DNA of 64,000 nucleotides from a virus. The stretch lies in the IMG/VR virus record IMGVR_UViG_3300042890_002721, positions 1-64,000 of that record, one strand, 5' to 3'. Both the position numbers and the translations under genes were made by a program. Shown here one piece after another: positions 46,803 through 55,769 of this stretch (the first letter of the stretch is position 1; each line of letters opens with the position of its first letter). Below the pieces are notes generated by a model that did no database searches, was not told where the DNA came from, and worked only from the letters and a program-made list of their open reading frames with translations.

Positions 46803-49430
46803 CTAAGGTCTATAAAACCCATTACAATTAACACTACCATTTTTTCTACCTAAATATGTTCTTAAAATAAAACTAGTAGATGGGTTCAACATATCATGTC
46901 TCCCACCACTTGTCAATTTACAAGCATAACCAACATTATTTGTGTATGGGTCAGTTATATTTGGAACAGCTACTGAAAATTTTCTCAAACAATTACACCC
47001 ATCTGGTGTTATTATTGTATGACTACCATCTTCCTTGATAAAATCAATATAACCATCTTTAGGTGTTGGGGCAGCTAACCATCCACATGCTAAAGTACAC
47101 CCACATTTACCACCACCATCACAACAAACATAACCAGAATTAACCACAACACCATTCACGACTTCAGTGTTTATAAATGGTGTACCGTTAAAACTTTTAC
47201 AACACTCCATTGTTGTGTAAATCGAATTAAGTTCAACTGGAGAGCCATTATTTGTGAAAATACTTCCATCACTATTATACTGATAATATGTGAAATTGTA
47301 AATACCAGTACTTGGATTATTAGTAGGTGATGTAATTAAACTATCACTACATGAACTGGTATTAATTTCATCTTTTTTCTTTATACAAAGACTCATAACG
47401 TTATCAACACCCTCACATGGACATCCACATGCATTATTAACCGTACCACCACTGTATGGGTCTGAAATGACCGTTGGTGTGAATACATAACAGTTTGATA
47501 AGTCTTCACCATCAAGTCCAGTTAAAGATACAGTATTAACAGTTGTGTTAGCTGTAGTTTCATCATACGTTCCAGATTGGTTGTTAACAAATAAATTGGT
47601 TGAACCAGAAGTAATCGTTTCAGCTGTTATTGTTACTGCTGAAAAATTAGGTATTAAATTAACAAATTGGTTGATGTATTGAAAACCACCATCATAAGGT
47701 CCTAAATGTGGGTTATTACCAGTAAGTATATCTACATCAGATAACCCCCCACCAGTTTGTCTATACCATAACCCTTTATTTTGGAAATACATATCTGGTG
47801 TATCAGCCAATGGTCTTGGGAATCCGTCTGAATCAATAGGGTAAATGCTTAAATCAGTATCCAAACCGTTTAATTCTAATACCTTTATAAATAATTCAAT
47901 ATCTATTGGTTCTTTGGCTTTATAAACGTATTCATTGAATTTAACAAGACCTTTTGGAGCCCCAATAAATCTAAGAAGAAATTCAATCGATTTTCTAGCA
48001 CCTTTAGATTTCCAAATCCATGGTGAGTTAAGTATAAGTCTTCTCCAAAGCTCAACATCAGCTTCAGCAGCTGTTAATCCAACACTTTGACCAGAGAAAC
48101 TTGAAGGTTTTCTAGTTATGTAATTTGATAATAAATTATTTTCAACAACAGATGAAATTAAATCCCAACCTAATACTCTAGCTAAGTCTTTTAAATAGAC
48201 ATCTGGTGTGTTATCTTGTTTATCATATGTTACTGTATGTGCGAATTCAATACCAGTTATTAACTTATTTACTTCATCAAATTCTCTACCATATATCCTA
48301 AGTGTTTTATTTGCTTTTTGACCAGATGTATCTTGGTCCAAATAACTTAAATGAACTGGTGTTGTATCAAAATCTGAAATAGATTCAGTAACTAAAAATC
48401 TGTTTATTAAATCACTAGATTTTAAATCGTTTTTATTCGAAATATCTACTAATTTATTAACATAACCAATATATTGAGTTGTATCGAAATCAATATTATA
48501 CCCATCAGATACTGGCCAAGTTACATCATTATTAATGTATAATACAATACCATTATCAGTTGTTATTGGATATCTAAATGATGCTGTATAAATTGGTGTA
48601 ACTTGTCTATTAAGTAAGTATGATTCGAAATCTGGTAACCCATTAAAGAATTGTTCGACTTGTTGTTCGTTTGGTTTGATATGGTAAGTAGTTGTACCAC
48701 TACTAGAACCACTAAATGGATTACCAAAAGTTTTGAAAAATAAATAATCATTTGCTTGAGTAGTTGAACCAGTGAAACCAATCAGAGGGTATTCACCACC
48801 ATTAACTAATATAGAATAAGATAAATATTCAACTGTTAAATCTCTTAATGGATTATTTTCATTGAATGAATTTAAAATAGTACCATTAGCTAAATAATTA
48901 ATTTGAAATTTATTGTTTATAAATCTAGTATCTACTTTAAATGTTGTTTGATTTGTAATTAAATCATAATTATTATCTTGGAATGTTGCACCACTTAAAG
49001 CATCACCATTTATATCTGAAGAGTTTGGGTTTAGGTATAATGATGCTGGCCAATTTGTTATTATTTCTTCTAATGAGACTCTAACGAATTCAGTTAAAGA
49101 ACCAAACAATGCATAATAATTTAAATTTGTTTTATCTAAATTAAGTTTTGGCTTTATATTATCATTTAATATTGTTTGTGATTGTACTTGTGTTAAATCT
49201 AAATCATTTAATGTAACAAATTTTGAGAACTTACTAGTAATAAATGTTTTATCATTTTTAGGTTCCATATTTGTTGTAATAGTAAAATTACCCATTGTAA
49301 ACAATGTAGTTCCACTATTACTAGTTAATTGTGTTCCAACTAAATCTGGACTAAATGGTCTATATTCGATACCATTCCCAAAAAATTCTTTTTTAGCGTA
49401 TCCAACGACTTTTATTCTATTATTACTCAT
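46803..49430 (-). CDS. baseplate-like structural protein with Cys-rich C-terminus
   Basis: LKDLARVLGW, WKSKGARKSIEFLL (gp7/tail-I-like motif). Confidence 0.7.
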   Translation of the reverse strand: MSNNRIKVVGYAKKEFFGNGIEYRPFSPDLVGTQLTSNSGTTLFTMGNFTITTNMEPKNDKTFITSKFSKFVTLNDLDLTQVQSQTILNDNIKPKLNLDKTNLNYYALFGSLTEFVRVSLEEIITNWPASLYLNPNSSDINGDALSGATFQDNNYDLITNQTTFKVDTRFINNKFQINYLANGTILNSFNENNPLRDLTVEYLSYSILVNGGEYPLIGFTGSTTQANDYLFFKTFGNPFSGSSSGTTTYHIKPNEQQVEQFFNGLPDFESYLLNRQVTPIYTASFRYPITTDNGIVLYINNDVTWPVSDGYNIDFDTTQYIGYVNKLVDISNKNDLKSSDLINRFLVTESISDFDTTPVHLSYLDQDTSGQKANKTLRIYGREFDEVNKLITGIEFAHTVTYDKQDNTPDVYLKDLARVLGWDLISSVVENNLLSNYITRKPSSFSGQSVGLTAAEADVELWRRLILNSPWIWKSKGARKSIEFLLRFIGAPKGLVKFNEYVYKAKEPIDIELFIKVLELNGLDTDLSIYPIDSDGFPRPLADTPDMYFQNKGLWYRQTGGGLSDVDILTGNNPHLGPYDGGFQYINQFVNLIPNFSAVTITAETITSGSTNLFVNNQSGTYDETTANTTVNTVSLTGLDGEDLSNCYVFTPTVISDPYSGGTVNNACGCPCEGVDNVMSLCIKKKDEINTSSCSDSLITSPTNNPSTGIYNFTYYQYNSDGSIFTNNGSPVELNSIYTTMECCKSFNGTPFINTEVVNGVVVNSGYVCCDGGGKCGCTLACGWLAAPTPKDGYIDFIKEDGSHTIITPDGCNCLRKFSVAVPNITDPYTNNVGYACKLTSGGRHDMLNPSTSFILRTYLGRKNGSVNCNGFYRP

Positions 49431-49440
49431 TCTTTTTTAA

Positions 49441-50364
49441 TTATAATGTTGTTACTGATGTAAATGATTTTGTGAAATCAATACTAGCTCTTTCTTCTCT
49501 AACCTCAAATAATGGTTTACCACTAAATTGGTCTTTGATTTCAAACAAGTTGTATTGTTTATAAATATCATTGTTGAAGTTATAGATAGTGTAAATACCA
49601 TCTTCAAGACTTTTACTTTGATTACCAAATAATGCAAATGCTAGAGTCTCAACATCATGTTGAACCATTTCAACCTCAACCATTATAGGGTTGAAAAATG
49701 TATTTGTTATAATTACTTGTTGGTTTGGTTGACCGATAAATGGTACTGCATTAGGTTTAACGTTTGATGCAGAACTTGGTGATACGGTACAATAAGTCAA
49801 ACTTGAGTTATCATTGAATCTATAACGAATAGCTTTTTGGTTACTATTTGTTAAATTTTGATTAACTGGTTCAGCTCTATTGTTTGATGTAATAACCCTA
49901 AAGAAATTATTTAACTTAGCATCATCAGCAGCTGTGTTTGTGTCTAAATACTCAATTCTATAACCAACAAGTCCATTATTCTCAAATTTATTTGCAAATT
50001 GAGAGGGGATTGATGAGATATCAAATAAAACACCTTTGATGTCTGGGTATGCTGAAAGAGCACCACAGTCAACTATTTTAGTTCTAATCTCAACTGGTTT
50101 GATGTAAATTGTATAAAAACCCTTTGCACCAAATGTTGCTACGGGTAATTTAAGTGTGTACATACCACCAAAAATTTCAAATCCAGATACTCCAGATTGT
50201 GTTTTATTTGGATTATCTATTTTGAATAAAACTTCGTTAGAATCCAATTTAATCAAGTCGTTATTACCAATCTTATCTCTAGATGGTGTGTAGTGGTAAA
50301 ACACTTCTACATCATCTGGTGATATATCTGCTGGTCTTACTATACCATACGTTCCAGTTGCCAT
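49441..50364 (-). CDS. virion structural protein
   Basis: 307-aa ORF in structural cluster. Confidence 0.75.
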   Translation of the reverse strand: MATGTYGIVRPADISPDDVEVFYHYTPSRDKIGNNDLIKLDSNEVLFKIDNPNKTQSGVSGFEIFGGMYTLKLPVATFGAKGFYTIYIKPVEIRTKIVDCGALSAYPDIKGVLFDISSIPSQFANKFENNGLVGYRIEYLDTNTAADDAKLNNFFRVITSNNRAEPVNQNLTNSNQKAIRYRFNDNSSLTYCTVSPSSASNVKPNAVPFIGQPNQQVIITNTFFNPIMVEVEMVQHDVETLAFALFGNQSKSLEDGIYTIYNFNNDIYKQYNLFEIKDQFSGKPLFEVREERASIDFTKSFTSVTTL

Positions 50365-50413
50365 AATTTTTTATCTTTGTATTAATATAACATTGTTTTG
50401 TTCAAAGTATATT

Positions 50414-51295
50414 TTATTGTTTATTTAGTTTGTAAAATCCATTACCATATCTACTTAATTCACCTAAGTTTTTGATTTCAGATAATCTTAAATGAATATC
50501 TAACACACTAGTCTGTCCTCTATCTATAAATACGTCACTTTGTACTTCTGGTGGATTAATTATACCAAATAAATACTCTTCTTTGGTAATAGCTGATAAA
50601 GATGTGTTTGTTTCATTCCATCCCTCACCAATATATTTAAATTGAGTAAGTGGAATTGTTGAATTGATGTTATCTATCACAACACTTCTAGTTTCCCCAG
50701 TATAATCTAAATACTGTAACCCATAAATTTGATTATTAGTCCCTAAATTACTATCATTAGGTGTGTTAAATACATATATTCTAGGTTCCCCCATAGAAAA
50801 AACCCTATCAACACCAAGTATATTTAAATTATTATAGTTAATGTAGTCTTGAGAATTGGTATCGAACCCGATTCTATACTGATTATTTCTATCATAAGAC
50901 TTAACATCTTCTAATTTACTATCAGTAAACCCAGTTATTAGTGAATTACCATAAACATAATAGTCTGATTCAACACTACTAGGCATTCTTAATATGTTTT
51001 TATTAGTACTAGTGATTCCAGTCATCGGTTGAGATGTTGCACCAGTCATAAATGGGAATGTAAAACCACTAGAACTTAATTTATCTACCAATAAAGTATA
51101 ATCTGGTGATGATGGGTTATTATTATCTTTAGGTATATATTCTATATCAGTAAATAAACCCATATCATCAACAGTTTGTGTTAAATTAATTTTTAAATAG
51201 AATGTTGTAGCCGTAATAGTTCCCCACGTAGGGCTATTATAATTTCTATCAATACTATCCTCTAATAATATTTTTCTTTTAATAACCGAACTCAT
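50414..51295 (-). CDS. virion structural protein
   Basis: PEVQSDVFIDRG...YGNGFY; structural cluster. Confidence 0.75.
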   Translation of the reverse strand: MSSVIKRKILLEDSIDRNYNSPTWGTITATTFYLKINLTQTVDDMGLFTDIEYIPKDNNNPSSPDYTLLVDKLSSSGFTFPFMTGATSQPMTGITSTNKNILRMPSSVESDYYVYGNSLITGFTDSKLEDVKSYDRNNQYRIGFDTNSQDYINYNNLNILGVDRVFSMGEPRIYVFNTPNDSNLGTNNQIYGLQYLDYTGETRSVVIDNINSTIPLTQFKYIGEGWNETNTSLSAITKEEYLFGIINPPEVQSDVFIDRGQTSVLDIHLRLSEIKNLGELSRYGNGFYKLNKQ

Positions 51296-52181
51296 TTTTT
51301 AATTTTTCATTTACATCTTCGTTATAATTAACTCTAATTAACCTAATATCATTGTTTAAACAATAGTTTGTTTTTATTAAATCTGTTTTTTTGACTCTAT
51401 TAAAACCTTTCTCACCACCAAATATGTCAATTGGTTTAAAATGTTGTATTCCATCATATTCAATACATACATTATAATCTGGTAGATAAAAATCAAAAGG
51501 TAATGGTCTAATATCTTTACAATCATTAAAATATTTTTGTTTTATGAATTTTAGGTTATTACTAATTAAATAATTTCGCACCACTTTTTCACCTTTTGAT
51601 TCTTTACAAATTGGACAACCTTGTCCTAAAATATGGTTATTTGTTAATTGATTGAATTCTCCGTGTTTTGGGCAAAGTATTTTAACCTTGGTTTTTGTAT
51701 TGATGTAATCGACCAAAGAATAATCATATTTATCACCATGTTTTTCTTTTGCTTGTTTTATAAATTCATATAAATTTTTTCTTTTAACACCACCACAATG
51801 TTGACACCCACTACCTAAAAGATGGCTATGTGGTGTTTGTTCGAATTCACCATGTATCGAACAAATTATTTTAACTTTTTCATCATATTTTTTATATTCA
51901 ACCAAGGAATAATCAAAGATTCCATTATGTATATTCTTAGCTTTATTTATGAATTTATTATTAGATAAAGTTTTATTTAACTTAAATTTTTCACGACCAC
52001 AATATGGACAACCTTGATTATCTAGGTGACAGTTTGGTGTTTGTTCGAATTCACCATGTATCGAACAAATTATTTTAACCTTTGTTTTATTATTTTTATA
52101 GTCGACTAATGAATAATCATAAACGTTTCCATGTATCATCGCACATTTTACAATAAATTCATTTGTTGTTAGTTTTCTCAT
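51279..52181 (-). CDS. homing endonuclease, paralog of 39271..40158
   Basis: Three YDYSLV/CxxHGEFEQ repeats + LPFDFYLP...IEYDGIQH. Confidence 0.87.
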   Translation of the reverse strand: MRKLTTNEFIVKCAMIHGNVYDYSLVDYKNNKTKVKIICSIHGEFEQTPNCHLDNQGCPYCGREKFKLNKTLSNNKFINKAKNIHNGIFDYSLVEYKKYDEKVKIICSIHGEFEQTPHSHLLGSGCQHCGGVKRKNLYEFIKQAKEKHGDKYDYSLVDYINTKTKVKILCPKHGEFNQLTNNHILGQGCPICKESKGEKVVRNYLISNNLKFIKQKYFNDCKDIRPLPFDFYLPDYNVCIEYDGIQHFKPIDIFGGEKGFNRVKKTDLIKTNYCLNNDIRLIRVNYNEDVNEKLKNEFGY

Positions 52182-52211
52182 ATAATATAAATATATTGTA
52201 AAAATTAAAAG

Positions 52212-52241
52212 TTATAAAATTTTGCGTTTTAATACTTCCAT
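52212..52241 (-). pseudogene. displaced original 5' end of gene 50414..51295
   Basis: MEVLKRKIL* vs MSSVIKRKILL; ATG overlaps the upstream stop (TAATG). Confidence 0.8.
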
Positions 52242-53056
52242 TATGTTGCTAATATTTGATATAAGTTAACCGTAGCGTTATTTGTTGAATAAGATACGTT
52301 ATTTGAGTAAGTGTTATCAATTTCATAGTAGTACCCATTATTTTTCCTAACCAAAACATATCTAGTATATAATTTAGTTATCAATTGGTCTATAGGTAAT
52401 GCGGCATTACTTACCATAAGGTTAGTTGACTTACCACTTTTAGCGTTTTTAAAAGATGCTCTCATATAAAGATACTTTGGTGCACCATTAATTACTAATT
52501 CATCTTTAAAATCATATATGTAATAACCTTGTGCATTACCTATAGGGTTAAGTATAGGGTTATCAACAGAGAATGTTAAAAATATCTGACTAGCTGGTAT
52601 TGGTTGACCAACTGAAATATTTGGTCCACTAGTTTGGTATAAGTCCATTGGTGTTAAGCTGGGGTATAATGTGATAAAACTGATTAAGTTTTGTATTAAT
52701 GGGTTGTCACTATCGTAGAATGATAAATTAAGGAATGTTTGTTTGAACTTTTCAGTTTCAAGTTTAATATCATCATCAGTGAAACCAATATCACCATAAG
52801 TTAATTTACCATCCAAATTAACAACATATGTAATCTTATCAACATGATTACCTAGTAAATCTGTTGGTAAGAATCTAGTTTTTTCGTAATCAATAATTGG
52901 GTTTATTGCTTTTTCAATTTCAGTTTCAACAAATACTCGCTCAATTAATTCAGATTGGTCAACCAATTGGTATTCCATATTAATAGGAATATTAATAGTA
53001 GTTGCTGTAGCACCAGACATTAATGAAAGATTTATTTTATATTGATTAACAAGCAT
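52241..53056 (-). CDS. virion structural protein
   Basis: AINPIIDYEK, LSFYDSDNP, YMRASFKNAKSG. Confidence 0.75.
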   Translation of the reverse strand: MLVNQYKINLSLMSGATATTINIPINMEYQLVDQSELIERVFVETEIEKAINPIIDYEKTRFLPTDLLGNHVDKITYVVNLDGKLTYGDIGFTDDDIKLETEKFKQTFLNLSFYDSDNPLIQNLISFITLYPSLTPMDLYQTSGPNISVGQPIPASQIFLTFSVDNPILNPIGNAQGYYIYDFKDELVINGAPKYLYMRASFKNAKSGKSTNLMVSNAALPIDQLITKLYTRYVLVRKNNGYYYEIDNTYSNNVSYSTNNATVNLYQILAT

Positions 53057-53945
53057 AATATTGTTTTAATTTATTAGTTATTTTTTCATCATATTTAATA
53101 ATTATCAAATCAATTTGTTTATCAACACAATAATTTAATTTTATTCTATCTCTTTTTTGTTGTTGTTTAAAAACCTTAAAACCACCAAAATAATTGATTG
53201 GTTTGTAATGTTGTTCACCTTGGTACTCAATACATGTATTATAATCTGGTAAATAAAAGTCAAAAGGTAGTGGTCTAATATCTCTACAATCTGGGAATCT
53301 ATGTTGTGGTAAGAAATTAATATTATTTTCTGTTAGGTATTTTCTTATTTCAGATTCACCTTTAGACTCTTTACATATCGGGCAACCGCCACCATTTAAA
53401 TGATGATTTGGTGATTTTTCAAACATTCCATGGATACTACATATTATTTTAATTTTTTTATGCGTACTTTTATATTCTGTTAATTTATACGAATATAAAA
53501 GACCATATTTACTAATTGCTTCAGTGATAAAATCTTCAGTGGTTTTTCCTCTACCAAAACATCTACCACAACCACTACCATTTAAATGGTCATTTGGTTT
53601 TATTTCAAAAACACCATGTTTACTACAAATTATTTTAATTTTTGTTTTATTATTAAAATACTCAACTAGTGAGTAATCATATTTATCACCATATACTAAA
53701 TTAGCCTTACAAATAAAATCCTCATTTACCATTCTTTGTTTTTCACTTCTATTTTCAACACCACATTTATAACAACCACTACCATTTAAATGGCTATTTG
53801 GTGTTTGTTCAAAATTTTCATGTTCTGGACATGTTATTTTAATTTTACTATATGAATTTACATAATTAGTTATAGAATAATCATATTTATCACCATGAAT
53901 TGATTTAGCTTTAATTATGAATTCTTCAGTCGTTAATTTTTTCAT
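53046..53945 (-). CDS. homing endonuclease, paralog of 39271..40158
   Basis: HGDKYDYS repeats + LPFDFYLP...IEYQGEQH. Confidence 0.87.
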   Translation of the reverse strand: MKKLTTEEFIIKAKSIHGDKYDYSITNYVNSYSKIKITCPEHENFEQTPNSHLNGSGCYKCGVENRSEKQRMVNEDFICKANLVYGDKYDYSLVEYFNNKTKIKIICSKHGVFEIKPNDHLNGSGCGRCFGRGKTTEDFITEAISKYGLLYSYKLTEYKSTHKKIKIICSIHGMFEKSPNHHLNGGGCPICKESKGESEIRKYLTENNINFLPQHRFPDCRDIRPLPFDFYLPDYNTCIEYQGEQHYKPINYFGGFKVFKQQQKRDRIKLNYCVDKQIDLIIIKYDEKITNKLKQYYAC

Positions 53946-53989
53946 TTATATTTCTTTTTATTATAAATATAACAAACATTAAAAATTTC

Positions 53990-54001
53990 ATTAACAAGCA
54001 T
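53990..54001 (-). repeat. 12-bp direct repeat ATGCTTGTTAAT (other copy 53045..53056)
   Basis: Identical stop/start overlap on both sides of the endonuclease. Confidence 0.8.
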
Positions 54002-55769
54002 CTTCTTCGGTATTAGTTGTAAATTTATCAGTCATTCGCTCACCTAATGGGTCAGCTGGAAATTTATAATAATACAAACCCCAATTATCAAAAGCGTCTT
54101 GTCTTCTTACAAGGAAACAATCATTTGTATACATATAATGACACCCATTTAAAAATGGGTAATCTAATGGTTTTTCATCTGATTGGTTATAACCAATGTC
54201 TAACAAGTCTCTCCATAAGTATCTACCATCACCTAAATTAACAGCATAAGATGGAATACCTTCAGTACTACTATCACCTTGTTCTATGTAAGTTGAAAAT
54301 TCTCTAATTTTAATAAGTTCATGTGCTTGATAAAAATAACCTTCTTGTCTTGGACCTAAATCTATATTTTTAAATGTTGGAGATTCACCTATTTTATCAA
54401 CATATGAGAAGTTAGCTAATGTTTCTCTATTCAAAGTGTTAAACCTATGTGATACATTAGCTAAAATCGTTTCTTGGACTTCATACATATTATATTCAAC
54501 CAAATCACCATAAAAATAATTATCATTTATAGAAACTTGAGGTTCTAGTGGTGTGTGTGTCTTAAACGGTAATAACCCACCGTTATGGATTAAATTAATA
54601 GCTGGAATTGATTGTAAAAATGTATTAGTTCCACTTGTTTTTAATTCTGGTATAAATGGTGTTTCAATACCAGAAGATACTTTAGTGAATAAACTGTTGC
54701 TACTAGTTTTAATTTTAGTTAAGTATAATTCACTCAATGGTCTACCTAAATTATCAACCAAATCACTAATATCTATATCCTCATTAAATACAAATTGAGT
54801 AATTGGGTCAGAATAAACATTTTCACTAAAAGATAATTTATATGTTTCATAATCATCTTGTTCAATCATTGGTGTACTTCTAGTTTTAATTTTTTTAAAT
54901 ACTCTAAAATAATATTCAGATTCTTTATCTGATACCATTCTTTTCATTCTTGAATTTGGACCAATATTACCACTATTAGGTACATCAATAACAAAATAAT
55001 AATCTTTATAATCACCATTATCTAATCCAGTTCGAATAACATTATAAACACCATTATAACCAGTTGTTCCAGTAATTTTAACTGTATCACCGATTATTAA
55101 ATTATGTAAACATGCAACACCAAATGCTGTCATTGATTTTGTCGCAACTATAGCTGGTATCGCTTCTATAACCATTAACCCACCATTAACCATTGTATGT
55201 CCAGTATCGTTATGATGTGGATATGTTATTGTTAATTCCCAATTCTTAACTGATGGTGAACCATTTTGACTATTATATGGTTTGGTATCTTGGATAAAAG
55301 AAAAACGATTTCTAGTTGGTTCCATATCATAATAATTACATAAAGAAGACTTGGTTTTATCTGGTTCATTATAACCAAACCAACCATTAACTTCTTTTAA
55401 GAAATTTTTAATAGAATCAACATAATTAACATCGTTTGAATCAGCTACATCACCATCTTTAGGATATGATGTATCAACAAAAACTAACTCATTAAAACCT
55501 TTCCACGTTTGCCAATTATTATTGGTGCTATTATCTAAATTAAATAAAGCATTTGAAATTGTAGGGTTTATTGTCCCTAAAACTCTATAATAATTACAAC
55601 GTTGTCTTTCTGTGTTAAATCTTTCACCAACATTAACTATTTTATTAATTTGGTCTGGAGGTAATAACCTTTCTTTACCATCCAAATTAATCTTCAAAAA
55701 CGTATCAGTATTTGTCGATTTTGTTGATGTTTCGTTGTTTAATCTTTGTTGTGTTCTATATGTAGTCAT
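53991..55769 (-). CDS. virion structural protein
   Basis: 592 aa; DNLGRPLSELY, WRDLLDIG, DYPFLNG. Confidence 0.75.
   Translation of the reverse strand: MTTYRTQQRLNNETSTKSTNTDTFLKINLDGKERLLPPDQINKIVNVGERFNTERQRCNYYRVLGTINPTISNALFNLDNSTNNNWQTWKGFNELVFVDTSYPKDGDVADSNDVNYVDSIKNFLKEVNGWFGYNEPDKTKSSLCNYYDMEPTRNRFSFIQDTKPYNSQNGSPSVKNWELTITYPHHNDTGHTMVNGGLMVIEAIPAIVATKSMTAFGVACLHNLIIGDTVKITGTTGYNGVYNVIRTGLDNGDYKDYYFVIDVPNSGNIGPNSRMKRMVSDKESEYYFRVFKKIKTRSTPMIEQDDYETYKLSFSENVYSDPITQFVFNEDIDISDLVDNLGRPLSELYLTKIKTSSNSLFTKVSSGIETPFIPELKTSGTNTFLQSIPAINLIHNGGLLPFKTHTPLEPQVSINDNYFYGDLVEYNMYEVQETILANVSHRFNTLNRETLANFSYVDKIGESPTFKNIDLGPRQEGYFYQAHELIKIREFSTYIEQGDSSTEGIPSYAVNLGDGRYLWRDLLDIGYNQSDEKPLDYPFLNGCHYMYTNDCFLVRRQDAFDNWGLYYYKFPADPLGERMTDKFTTNTEEDAC

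Noticed and set aside
33276-54001. Group I introns or inteins around the endonucleases
   Set aside because: Almost no flanking non-coding sequence to hold a ribozyme core, host ORFs are already complete, one nuclease is antisense, and no intein terminal motifs are seen
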